Of a DNA stretch of 64,000 bases, positions 27,601 through 36,377 are shown one piece after another. The notes under the pieces are model-generated. The model was not told the DNA's origin and ran no database searches. It was given only the letters and a program-made list of their open reading frames with translations. The position numbers and the translations under genes were made by a program. Source of the stretch: Candidatus Shapirobacteria bacterium (GTDB taxonomy: Bacteria; Patescibacteriota; Microgenomatia; UBA12405); assembly GCA_041658955.1 (NCBI GenBank), contig JBAZZE010000003.1:3842-67841 (forward strand), given 5' to 3'. Position 1 is the stretch's first letter, and every line of letters starts with the position of its first letter.

Positions 27601-30600
27601 AATATGATGGCAGCCGATTTATTTATGCCACGCGAGGGTCGGGTGATGATGCCTTAATGAGATATGACACAATTGGTGACATCTGGGAAATGATGGCCAA
27701 TGCTGATTTTAATGCTCCAATAAATCAACCCAATAACACCATAAACGATGGTTCAGATATGGCTTATGATGGAAACGATACGTTGTATGTAATGCAGGGT
27801 GGTGGAAGAGATGGTTTTGCTGGATATAGTATTTCCACCAATACCTGGTTAACTCTTACTGATTTACCGATGTTTTCCGGGGCAGGTTCACAAATTGAAT
27901 ATGATAGTACTACCAATGCTATTTATTATGTTGCTGGTAGTGGTCGAAATTTTGTCTACAAATACGACATTGCGTCTCAATTGTGGAGTGATCTAGCAGA
28001 GACTCCAATGGCTGTAGGTGGAGGAGCTTCACTTAAAAAAATTGGAGGAAACTTATATTTGACAGTAGGTAACGGTTCGTTAGCGGTTTATAAGTACAAC
28101 ATCAATAAAAATATGTGGCTAATTCCGACCGTTGGTTTATTCGGTGGCTGGTTTAGAGGTAGTGATAGTCGCACTTTTGGATATGGGGCGGACATTGTAA
28201 AAGGGGATGGAAATAATATGTATTTAGTTAGAGGAAACTTTGACAATCTATTTGTCCGTTACAATTCAGTGACAGGAGTAGCGACTAGAATGGCCGATGT
28301 TCCTGCAGGCATGACTTCAGGTACGAAATTGGTTTATGATAGTGTTCATAACCGGATTTATGCAACCGTGGGGTCATATTATCGAAAGTTTTTTGTCTAT
28401 GATGTGGCCAGTGATACTTGGTCGGAAGAAGTAAATGATCCGCCGCCACTTGATAGTGCTGAGGGAAGTTCGATGGTGTTCAATGCTACAGATAGATATA
28501 TTTATTGGCTTCGAGGTGCTGGAACCCAGAGTTTCTATCGGTTCAACACTGAAGGCGTGGGGACTAGTAAATGGAGCATTTTGCCAAATACGGGATTGTC
28601 GATGAGCTATGGAGCTGATATGGTTTTGAAAAATGATTATATTTATACATTACGCGGTTCAAACACCACTGGATTTTTGAGATACGGTCCGTTGTCGGTA
28701 GGGGCGACTTGGTCAAATACGGCAGTGGCTGATTTACCAACCGGAGCCAATATATATAATGATGGATTCTTAGTTGATCTGGGTGGCGACTACTTAATGG
28801 CTTGTCGAGGTGGTAATCAAAACACCTGTTACCGTTACTCAATTACTGGAGATAGCTGGTCAGTAGTGACTAGCGCCACATCGCCATATATTTACACTGG
28901 AGGAGCAGGGGCAGTTAACTCGAGTGGCGAAAAAATGTTGGTGATAGCTGGAAATGGACAATTAAATACTATGTCTAATGGGTTGTATAGCTATGTAATT
29001 GAAAGTGAAAATTCGTCTTATGAAGAAAGTGGTGAATATATATCACCAGTCCATGACTTAACAGCAGTTTACAAATTTGCAAACTTAAGCATAGATGTTA
29101 CTTTGCCTGATAATACAGGACTTTCTGTATATACAAAATCATCGGCAGATAACTCGACTTGGGGAGACTGGACGGTAGCTTCTGAACAAAAAATTGTGGG
29201 TACCAATAGGAGTTTTAAGATAAACTCAACAACAGCGAGGTATTTACAGATTAAGTTGGCAATGACTTCGAGTGATGGAGTTAGGTCGGGAACAATAAAT
29301 AGCTACACAGTAAATTATTATCAAGATACAACAGAGCCAACAAACCCGACACTATTATCTGGGTATACCAATAGTGGGATGGGGACAACTTTAGTAAGTG
29401 GTGTCTGGAATAATTCGACTGCGCCATATTTCGGATGGAGTGGGGCGAGCGATGGAGCAAATGGTTCGGGGGTAGAGGGATATTATGTTTATTTTGGAAC
29501 CGGAGAAACGGCAAACCCGGTAACTTTAGGGACTTACACCACAGGAACATCTTTTATAGGAACAACCATGGTTTCAGGAGAAACTTATTATTTCAGACTT
29601 AAAACAAAAGATAGTGCTGATAATGTCAGCACGGATGTAGGAACAACTTTGGTTTATAAACTTGATAACACCGCCCCAGAAAACCCGACGGCTGTTTTGG
29701 CTAATCCACCAGGGTATACGACAATCGATAACTTTACTTTCACATGGGGAGCGGGCACAGATAGCTCTTCAGGGATTGCGGCATATTGTTATAAAACCGG
29801 TGCTAGTAGTGGTCCTCTAGCGACAGAACAATGCATTACTGATGTAGGAGTAACTGGGATAACTGGGATCACCAAATATCAAACTGATGAAAATATTTTT
29901 TACTTAAGAGTTAAAGATACGGCTGGCAACTTCGCCAGTAGTTCATTGACAGCAATTTATAAGTTTTCAGGAACTGCTCCAAGCCGACCAATGAACTTAA
30001 GAATGACTTACCCGGATGTGGGGACTAGCAACACGGTTAATGATTTTGCTTTTGCTTGGGATCAACCAGAAAGTTTCTTGGGAGCGGCTGCCAACCTAGT
30101 TTATAAATACTCAATAAACGAAGAACCAACGCCAAGTAATGTGAGTACAGTGGGGACGAATGTCCGATACTTAAGTCGAAGCCAATATGCCTCGCGTAGC
30201 GGAGTAAATACTATTTATGTGGTGGTATCAGACGAAGCTGGAAATATGGCAGTCACCGATGGAAAGTACACCAACTATGCCAGTTTGGATTTTGAAGCAT
30301 CAACTTCAGCTCCAGGAATTGGTAGAAACTTAGATATCTCTGATGTGTCAATTAAAGAAACTAGTAGTTGGAGATTAGCATTGACTTGGGATGCGCCTGA
30401 GGCATCTGGATCAGGTATCGCTAATTACCGGGTATACAGAAGCACTACTGCTGGAGCCTCTTGTACTTCAAGTATGGACAATTTTGGTGGAACAAACGGC
30501 TTTATATCGACAACGACTACCACATCGTATATTGACACAGAACTATTGCAGTCAAAATATTATTATTGTGTCAAAGCTTGTAATTCAACAGACCAGTGTG

Positions 30601-31880
30601 GGGCGCCAAGCTCAACTGTAGCCTTGCTACCAGATGGTAAGTGGCGAGTACCACCAACATTAACTGCAGAACCGGCGGCAAGTGTAAAAACAAAGACGGC
30701 GACAATTACCTGGTCGACAAATCGTAAGGGTAATTCATTTGTAAAGTATGGTAAAAGTGCTGGAGATTATGGTGAAGAAGTTGGATCATCAGATCTTTTG
30801 AGTGCCCATGAAATTGCTCTTACTGGCTTGGACCCGGGAACTACTTATTATTACAAAGCGACATGGACAGATGAGGATGGAAATACTGGCGAATCAACGG
30901 AGTATAGTTTTAAAACTAACCCGGCACCAATTGTGTCAACCGTTAAGATTGTTGACGTTGGATTGTATTCTGTTTATGTAAAATTTGGATTGAACCATGC
31001 ATCAAAAGCAACTATTCAATACGGTAAAACTACAGCGTATGGTTCGGTGGCTGAGTTAACCACATCAACTGCAGAATCGACTTATTCTGAAAAACTAGAT
31101 AGTTTGGAAGAGGGTACAAAATATCACTTAAAAATCGTGGCAGAGGATGAAGAGGGTAACAAATTTACATCGGATGATTATGAATTTGCGACTCTGCCAA
31201 TGCCTAAGATTGAGGGAGTAAAAATCCAGCAAGTAAAAGGAATGGCGAGTGCCACGATTATGGCGTCCTGGAAAACAAATACTGGAGTATCGTCGATTGT
31301 GAGTTATTACCCAGAGGGGAGACCAGAAATGACCAGAGATCAGGTTACTTTGACGCTAGGGTTGAATCACCAGATGCTAATTAAGGACCTGTTGGATGCG
31401 ACTGATTATGTAATATTGGTACGAGGTAAAGATCAAGTTGGAAATGAAGCTAAAATGAGTACCAACAAATTTAAAACTTCAACTGATCTTCGACCACCCT
31501 TAATTACTGATATGCGGGTAGAAGGGGCAGTGAGTGGAGTTGGTGAAGCGACCAAAGCCCAGATAATTGTTTATTGGAATACTGATGAGCCATCGACTGG
31601 CCAAGTTGAGTTTGGTGAAGGAACTGGTTCTGATTATCCCAATAGAACTCAAGAAGATGGAAACTTCACCCTGAATCACGTAGTAACTATTACTGACTTG
31701 AAACCTTCTCAGGTATATCATTTAAGAATAGTATCTAAAGACAGAATTGGTAACCAAGTGGAGTCATTTGATAATGTGACGGTAACACCAAAGGCAACCA
31801 AATCAGCACTCGACCTGGTGGTTAACAGTTTGTCTAAGAGTTTCGGATTCTTTGGAAGTTTAGGAAAAATAGCCCAATGA
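24675..31880 (+). CDS. Giant (2401 aa) membrane-anchored surface protein: about 40 Kelch-like beta-propeller repeats followed by FN3-like domains
   Basis: N-terminal TM. Long array of ~48-aa repeats of the form Y.Y...G.....F..Y.......W..L...P (e.g. IYLLRGSYTSDYWRYNPSNNTWLSLAAPPA). At least four C-terminal FN3/PAP-N-like units (ATITWSTNRKGNSFVKYGKSAGDYGEE...TGLDPGTTYYYKA). The stop overlaps the ABC ATPase start (ATGA). Confidence 0.7.
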   Translation: MLLLKRPVLMGVVLGVFLGSLVGWGWWRVSTKVEATDRTITSRADFDQGLFDNTESKSKEGELRLKAGGTWGARVWQMPKVGMTNQTGIVSDGTHLYMLAGQDRYFAKYIPNEDRWQQLANAPHAASVGTDLVVEGDYIYAIFGSYTKNFSRYTISTDTWVNMDDAPDLLYDGASLGTDGTYIYLLRGSYTSDYWRYNPSNNTWLSLAAPPATIGRGASLSYKNGYFYTPRGDSNLFYKYEVATNLWTTLPNIPAPSISYAAHNSDIFGNALYYNLDYGTTAFYKFDLGTTSWSTLPGLPWPSYYVGLVGVGDTATGHVYVFRGNGSVDFWKYNPRTNSFEGSVDTPNAPSTGADLLYDGNYLYLNRGANSTNMYRYQIGGTWKTMADAPAAMGDDTKGIQAGGSFYYIRGSGTTAFFKFDPAIGANGTWTSMLGTPATANYGASVVYPGSGNYMYATRGALTRTFWRYTIGAGETWSDAAAADLPDNAEAGYGARLASDGTDIYYMPGSGMSKLYKYTIGTTTWSEISDIPFSPYYGSDISYYNGKLYFLAGYYKPDFWEYTIATSSWRRLAPTQDYGATEIGPWAGASIESLGNGTFYVILGNGVTRLLTYTVDANNYPVSGGWTSKALDLSYVASWSGLSIQSSLPGDSSISWTSRSSSDQITWSDWIAGVGSSIGSPVGRYLQVGVTLVSTSDRTNTPKLLDIQVSYIGDTGVPTNPSTVVGVSQQVSGVGLTSAESYGYQAPYFSWSGATDTQTSIAGYYVYFGTGSSASPVTEGNYQTASNYLVTTPMDQTTYYLRLVTVDSAGNNSAATTAFVYTYNGIAPPITITKTTTADFGVGTTSAVDVSGDKIKLQGKAGFWEQERISSLPAGIYLGGDMAYKSSTNKIYLFRGYNSNTFYIYDLTTNTVSVGPTAPGAVYYGGGMVEGPGNYLYAMKGLVTNSFWRFDVGTTTWSDVAAADLPQTISYGGSLEYDGSRFIYATRGSGDDALMRYDTIGDIWEMMANADFNAPINQPNNTINDGSDMAYDGNDTLYVMQGGGRDGFAGYSISTNTWLTLTDLPMFSGAGSQIEYDSTTNAIYYVAGSGRNFVYKYDIASQLWSDLAETPMAVGGGASLKKIGGNLYLTVGNGSLAVYKYNINKNMWLIPTVGLFGGWFRGSDSRTFGYGADIVKGDGNNMYLVRGNFDNLFVRYNSVTGVATRMADVPAGMTSGTKLVYDSVHNRIYATVGSYYRKFFVYDVASDTWSEEVNDPPPLDSAEGSSMVFNATDRYIYWLRGAGTQSFYRFNTEGVGTSKWSILPNTGLSMSYGADMVLKNDYIYTLRGSNTTGFLRYGPLSVGATWSNTAVADLPTGANIYNDGFLVDLGGDYLMACRGGNQNTCYRYSITGDSWSVVTSATSPYIYTGGAGAVNSSGEKMLVIAGNGQLNTMSNGLYSYVIESENSSYEESGEYISPVHDLTAVYKFANLSIDVTLPDNTGLSVYTKSSADNSTWGDWTVASEQKIVGTNRSFKINSTTARYLQIKLAMTSSDGVRSGTINSYTVNYYQDTTEPTNPTLLSGYTNSGMGTTLVSGVWNNSTAPYFGWSGASDGANGSGVEGYYVYFGTGETANPVTLGTYTTGTSFIGTTMVSGETYYFRLKTKDSADNVSTDVGTTLVYKLDNTAPENPTAVLANPPGYTTIDNFTFTWGAGTDSSSGIAAYCYKTGASSGPLATEQCITDVGVTGITGITKYQTDENIFYLRVKDTAGNFASSSLTAIYKFSGTAPSRPMNLRMTYPDVGTSNTVNDFAFAWDQPESFLGAAANLVYKYSINEEPTPSNVSTVGTNVRYLSRSQYASRSGVNTIYVVVSDEAGNMAVTDGKYTNYASLDFEASTSAPGIGRNLDISDVSIKETSSWRLALTWDAPEASGSGIANYRVYRSTTAGASCTSSMDNFGGTNGFISTTTTTSYIDTELLQSKYYYCVKACNSTDQCGAPSSTVALLPDGKWRVPPTLTAEPAASVKTKTATITWSTNRKGNSFVKYGKSAGDYGEEVGSSDLLSAHEIALTGLDPGTTYYYKATWTDEDGNTGESTEYSFKTNPAPIVSTVKIVDVGLYSVYVKFGLNHASKATIQYGKTTAYGSVAELTTSTAESTYSEKLDSLEEGTKYHLKIVAEDEEGNKFTSDDYEFATLPMPKIEGVKIQQVKGMASATIMASWKTNTGVSSIVSYYPEGRPEMTRDQVTLTLGLNHQMLIKDLLDATDYVILVRGKDQVGNEAKMSTNKFKTSTDLRPPLITDMRVEGAVSGVGEATKAQIIVYWNTDEPSTGQVEFGEGTGSDYPNRTQEDGNFTLNHVVTITDLKPSQVYHLRIVSKDRIGNQVESFDNVTVTPKATKSALDLVVNSLSKSFGFFGSLGKIAQ

Positions 31881-32719
31881 CGACAATAGCAAAACAAACT
31901 AGTAATAAAGGAAAGGATGTTTTTGAAAATCTAGTAGTGGCCCAAGGAATTCGGAAAAGTTTTGATGTGGGTAATCAAGTGGTGGAAGTGCTCAAGGGGA
32001 TAGATTTAAAAATAAACAAAGGTGATTTTGCGATTATTTTTGGACCATCGGGTTGTGGAAAGTCGACCTTATTGCACACACTACTTGGTTTGGAAAAACC
32101 TTCTGAAGGTAAGGTAATCATGGAAGGTAAAGATTATTATGGAATGGGTGATGATGAGATTGTGACTTTCCGAAAAAATAACATTGGGATAGTTTTTCAG
32201 CAGCCGATCTGGATTAAGTCGCTGAATGTAATGGAGAATGTCTGTGTGCCAAATAGGCTGCGAGGGTTAACTCAGGAGGAAGCTGAGGAAAAAGCGATGA
32301 TCTCACTTCGTAAAGTAAAGCTTGAAGGTTGGCATGAATATCATCCAAATTCTTTATCTTCGGGACAACAACAGAGGGTTAGTTTGGCACGGGCACTGAC
32401 TATCGATCCACTGATACTGGTAGCCGATGAGCCGACGGGAAACTTAGACACAGTTTCGGGAGACGAGCTGATGGAACTGCTACGGGCTTTGAATCAGGAT
32501 GAGGGAAGAACGGTAGTAATGGTAACTCACGACTTGGAGTATTTGCGCTATGCCACAAAACTTTTCCATATTATTGATGGACTGCTGGTTGAGGAAATAG
32601 ATGAAAAAGGAGCGAAGAAATTGGCTGGGAGTCTGCGGAATAAAAAGGGTAAGCGAGGCGAGGAAACGGTGAGGAACAGTGATTATTTAAAAACCAGTGG
32701 TAAAAAATATGTCAGTTAA
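31877..32719 (+). CDS. ABC transporter ATP-binding protein (MacB/LolD/FtsE-like)
   Basis: Walker A GPSGCGKST. Signature LSSGQQQRVSLARAL. Walker B LVADEPTGNLD. H-loop VMVTHD. Confidence 0.85.
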   Translation: MTTIAKQTSNKGKDVFENLVVAQGIRKSFDVGNQVVEVLKGIDLKINKGDFAIIFGPSGCGKSTLLHTLLGLEKPSEGKVIMEGKDYYGMGDDEIVTFRKNNIGIVFQQPIWIKSLNVMENVCVPNRLRGLTQEEAEEKAMISLRKVKLEGWHEYHPNSLSSGQQQRVSLARALTIDPLILVADEPTGNLDTVSGDELMELLRALNQDEGRTVVMVTHDLEYLRYATKLFHIIDGLLVEEIDEKGAKKLAGSLRNKKGKRGEETVRNSDYLKTSGKKYVS

Positions 32720-34796
32720 TATAGCGCTAATTACCAATAATATTCGTAGTATACCTAAAGCGGCTAAAGGTCTCTTGGCAACTATCTGGTCTAATGTAAT
32801 TTTTATTTTACTACTGTTCTTATATTTATTGAAAAAACTTTGTGACAAATTTGGAAAGATTCTGGGATTGAAGCAAATGTCTAATTTGAGTAGTTATATA
32901 ATGAGACGAATTGATCGGAGCGGTGGTGGTCAGGTGTCGAGATTATATATGGTGGAACTTGCCCTGAAGAATTTGAGAGCTAAAAAGGTCAGGGCGATGG
33001 TGACAATCGGAGGAGTAGCGGTAGGGGTAGGAGCAATCGTGTTTTTAGTATCTCTTGGATATGGACTAGAGCGGATGGTTATTTCAAAAGTAGCCCGGCT
33101 TGACGAACTGAAAATGTTAGATGTGGGTTTGGGTGAGGTCTCTAGTTTGAAAATGAATGACGAATTTGTAAAAAAAATTAGTGAAATTGGTGATGTGGAC
33201 GAAGTGATTCCGGTGGTAGGAATGGTGTCAAAAGTCAGGTTCAAAAACTCAGTGTCAGATATTATGGCATTTGGGGTGGACCAGAGATACATTAAAGCAG
33301 TTGGTGTAAAAATGTTAACTGGTGCTGAATTTAAAGATAAAGATATGGGCTACAAATTCGGTGAAGGAACAGTAGCGGGAGTAAGCCAGGAGATAATTAA
33401 AGCTAACGTTGGGGATAGGGTTGATAAAGGGATTTATAGACTCAACACCGTGGGAGGCGAAAAGTTAAGTGTTTATGAAAAATGTGATAGTTCCAGTGAA
33501 AATTTGGGTTATATGATGAGAGTTGAGGGTGGGGTGGTAGGAGAAAAAATTTGGGGTGAATCTTATCACTTGGGTGGAGATAGTAATACCTATGTAGAAG
33601 ATGAGGTAACTGGAAAGGAATTATCACCTTGGGTTCGTCTAAAAACTTCTCTATGGCAAGTGGATGACAGTGGGATTGCTATCCCAATTTTGGATGATAG
33701 TGGTTCCCAAAAATGGGTTATTGGTTGTGTTCGGGATAAAGGATTGAAAAAAGAGAGTGGAGAAGAGCTAGGTAGTTTTAAATCTTTAAATGAATATCTG
33801 ATGGGAGTCGGTGGTGGTTCAGTATTGGGAGAATCAACCAGTTCAGCAACACCGTCGGCATTAATCGCTTCAACCGCGTCTGAATCAGCAATCGCCAAGC
33901 TGTTTGATGTAGTGGTGGCCACTGACTCAGCTGGAGTAGAGTGGGTGGAATTAAAAAAGACTGGGGATAGTGCCAAGCCAAAAGAAGATTTGGCATATAA
34001 CGACTTGCCGTCGGGTGAAGCGTATGTCAGTTCGGGGTTGGTAAAAATGTTTGGGATGGATAAACAATCGATTTTGGGACAAAAATTTGGGGTGTCATAC
34101 ATCATTCCTGATGGACTAATCCCAGGATCTAGTGGGCGAACCCAATCACAAGAGACAGATTACACGGTTAAAGCGGTAGTTGATGATGACACGTCAAACT
34201 ATTATTATTTCCAGATTGGAGATGCCAAGAAGTTGGGGGTAAAAAATTATTCCCAAGTAAAGGTGTTAACTAAAGACCAAGGAAAGGTACTGGGGGTTCG
34301 GAAAACTATCGAAAGTAGTGGGTTTAGAACTATGAGTACATTGGATACGGTGGCTCAAATTGAGAATTTATTTGCAACACTACGACTTTTATTAGGATTT
34401 TTGGGAACTATCGCTCTAGCAGTGGCTTCGTTGGGAATGTTTAACACCATGACAGTGTCGTTATTGGAACGGACTAGAGAAGTAGGGGTAATGAAAGCAA
34501 TGGGAATGCAGATTGCTGAAGTAAGAGAACTTTTCTTGGCGGAATCGATGATCATGGGAGTAGGTGGAGGGGTGATGGGAATATTGCTAGGCTATTTAGG
34601 TGGTCGAATATTATCATTAATACTTAGTTCGGTATCGATGTTTAAGGGGCAGGGAGTAATTGATATTAGCTATATACCCTGGTTTTTTGTAACCTTTATT
34701 TTGACGATTAGCTTTGTAGTAGGAATAATCACCGGTTGGTATCCTTCAAAGAGAGCGACCAAGATTTCAGCCTTAAATGCGCTAAGGTACGAGTAA
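32697..34796 (+). CDS. ABC transporter permease, FtsX/MacB family with large extracytoplasmic domain (true start probably 32877-32950)
   Basis: N-terminal LALKNLRAKKVRAMVTIGGVAVGVGAIVFLVSLGY is a typical MacB start. C-terminal FtsX domain LLLGFLGTIALAVASLGMFNTMTVSLLERTREVGVMKAMGM... Confidence 0.75.
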   Translation: MVKNMSVNIALITNNIRSIPKAAKGLLATIWSNVIFILLLFLYLLKKLCDKFGKILGLKQMSNLSSYIMRRIDRSGGGQVSRLYMVELALKNLRAKKVRAMVTIGGVAVGVGAIVFLVSLGYGLERMVISKVARLDELKMLDVGLGEVSSLKMNDEFVKKISEIGDVDEVIPVVGMVSKVRFKNSVSDIMAFGVDQRYIKAVGVKMLTGAEFKDKDMGYKFGEGTVAGVSQEIIKANVGDRVDKGIYRLNTVGGEKLSVYEKCDSSSENLGYMMRVEGGVVGEKIWGESYHLGGDSNTYVEDEVTGKELSPWVRLKTSLWQVDDSGIAIPILDDSGSQKWVIGCVRDKGLKKESGEELGSFKSLNEYLMGVGGGSVLGESTSSATPSALIASTASESAIAKLFDVVVATDSAGVEWVELKKTGDSAKPKEDLAYNDLPSGEAYVSSGLVKMFGMDKQSILGQKFGVSYIIPDGLIPGSSGRTQSQETDYTVKAVVDDDTSNYYYFQIGDAKKLGVKNYSQVKVLTKDQGKVLGVRKTIESSGFRTMSTLDTVAQIENLFATLRLLLGFLGTIALAVASLGMFNTMTVSLLERTREVGVMKAMGMQIAEVRELFLAESMIMGVGGGVMGILLGYLGGRILSLILSSVSMFKGQGVIDISYIPWFFVTFILTISFVVGIITGWYPSKRATKISALNALRYE

Positions 34797-34809
34797 GTTA
34801 TAATATGGT

Positions 34810-35040
34810 ATGTTCTTCGATGAGGTTAGGGCAACCCAGTTTAGATTGGAGGCATACTTTAAGGGTGAATTAGTAGCATTGAGAGTACGGGGGAGTAGTG
34901 GATGGAAAAGTGTACCCTTAGAAAGACCGGTGTCTGATCAGGAAATGGTGTGGAAACAAGCGAGTTTACCAGAACCAAGAAAAGCTACAGCAAAACCCAG
35001 ACCCGAGCCGGAATATGTAGATTTTAAGGACGCGCCCTAA
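34810..35040 (+). CDS. Small hypothetical protein (doubtful)
   Basis: 76-aa ORF directly after the permease. No motif recognised. It is convergent with the downstream gene. Confidence 0.2.
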   Translation: MFFDEVRATQFRLEAYFKGELVALRVRGSSGWKSVPLERPVSDQEMVWKQASLPEPRKATAKPRPEPEYVDFKDAP

Positions 35041-35042
35041 GA

Positions 35043-36014
35043 TTATTTTACAGAGTTGTAGATTTGGCGGGATATATCGCTGATAGTCTTGGTTAGTACA
35101 TTGAAATTGTTACCTCGGGTCATGATACAGACTAAGTATGGTTTTGCGGGAAGATAAACTATGCCACAATCATGAAGTTGCTTAACACCAGTTTCATTGT
35201 AACTACGTTCGCCATATTTGTGAGCAATACTGACTGATGGATCAACACCAGCAGCGAGAGCGTCTTTATATTGACTTTGACTAAGAATATTGAGGGCTAT
35301 TTCAGAATACTTGGGATTAAGATATGAAGCATTGTAGAGAATCCGGAAAAATGATGCATATGATTTGACGGAAAGAATATCACCGTTGGGGTTGGTAAAT
35401 CCAAGACTGATGTCGACCCCTAGGTCAGCGAAGACTTTGACCAAAAATTGGTTATCAATATTGGCAAGTAACAAATCGTAAGCCTGGTTATCAGATTGAA
35501 CTATTAAATTGTTAATCATCTGACTAACAGTATATTTTTGATTTGGGACCATTGTAGTTTTTGGAGCGATATTTTGGGCATATTCTGATGCTGAAGGTGT
35601 AGCAATAAGTTCTTTTTCGAGAATTGAAGGGTCAGTTTCAGCCATTTTAAAATAGGCGATCATTAGGGGAACTTTTATCAAACTTGCTGGGGAAAAAAGC
35701 TCATTTTGGTTGATACCAAACCAAGGTCCATTGTTCATATCCCGGTAATAGACAGAGACGTGAGAAAGTTCTTTGGATTTTACTTTTTGATCGATATATT
35801 GGTTAAGTTTGTTGCGGAGCTGATCAAGGTTGGTATCAGTACTAACAGCATCGGTATCACATTCGAGTAAAGGGTTGATATATTTGTAACCAGCTGGGAG
35901 TCGGGATTCGGTGAATAGATTTAATTTATTAGGTGTTTTGGAGATTGATGCAGATAGAAAACCGGCAACGTAAATGACAATTCCTAAAAATAAGAATAAG
36001 GCCACTTTCTTCAT
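35043..36014 (-). CDS. Class A beta-lactamase-like serine hydrolase (secreted/anchored)
   Basis: Signal/TM. SxxK at FSPASLIKV. SDN at VQSDNQAYDLL. K[TS]G-like HKYGE region. Overall length is ~300 aa as in Beta-lactamase2. Confidence 0.55.
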   Translation of the reverse strand: MKKVALFLFLGIVIYVAGFLSASISKTPNKLNLFTESRLPAGYKYINPLLECDTDAVSTDTNLDQLRNKLNQYIDQKVKSKELSHVSVYYRDMNNGPWFGINQNELFSPASLIKVPLMIAYFKMAETDPSILEKELIATPSASEYAQNIAPKTTMVPNQKYTVSQMINNLIVQSDNQAYDLLLANIDNQFLVKVFADLGVDISLGFTNPNGDILSVKSYASFFRILYNASYLNPKYSEIALNILSQSQYKDALAAGVDPSVSIAHKYGERSYNETGVKQLHDCGIVYLPAKPYLVCIMTRGNNFNVLTKTISDISRQIYNSVK

Positions 36015-36053
36015 TATGCCTGTAAGTATAAACGATTGTGATAGAATAGGGAA

Positions 36054-36089
36054 ATGAAAATGTTATCTGTTTCCCTACTTCTTAGCTAA
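36054..36089 (+). CDS. Candidate Leu-rich leader peptide MKMLSVSLLLS (attenuator ORF upstream of leuS)
   Basis: ATG AAA ATG TTA TCT GTT TCC CTA CTT CTT AGC TAA. Four of eleven codons are Leu, with three consecutive Leu codons before the stop. AGGGA lies 3 nt upstream of the ATG. It is followed immediately by alternative GGGGG/CCCCC and GCCCCC/GGGGC+U7 hairpins. Confidence 0.4.
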   Translation: MKMLSVSLLLS

Positions 36090-36096
36090 TTTTTTT

Positions 36097-36135
36097 GGGG
36101 GAACTGTAATGGCCCCCATGAGGGGCTTTTTTTAT
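36097..36135 (+). promoter_or_regulatory. Antiterminator/terminator pair of the leuS leader (intrinsic terminator GCCCCCatgaGGGGC + TTTTTTT)
   Basis: Sequence: TTTTTTTGGGGGaactgtaatgGCCCCCatgaGGGGCTTTTTTT. GGGGG (36097-36101) can pair with CCCCC (36112-36116) as an antiterminator. The competing hairpin GCCCCC(36111-36116)/GGGGC(36121-36125) is followed by U7, which is the terminator. Confidence 0.5.
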
Positions 36136-36377
36136 ATATATGAGCATTCAAAAACTAGTTGAACTTAGATGTGAGAATTGTGGTGGGGTGGGGATTGCTG
36201 AAGCTGGTCAGATAGGGGCATTGCGGACTAGAGTAGCTGGAAGCCACTTGGGTCATCGATTGAGTGAAGTACCTTATGTAGCAGCGACTGATGATGCTCA
36301 ACTAGCAGCGACAACTATTGTCAGCCGTCGATCTGGTATATTTGTTTATAGTTCTAGTAATCCAAGTTAAATTGACT

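Noticed and set aside
35043-36014. Calling this a functional class A beta-lactamase (resistance gene)
   Set aside because: SxxK and SDN are present, but the KTG box reads HKYG and the omega-loop Glu is not identifiable by eye. I call it only a beta-lactamase-fold serine hydrolase/PBP-like protein.
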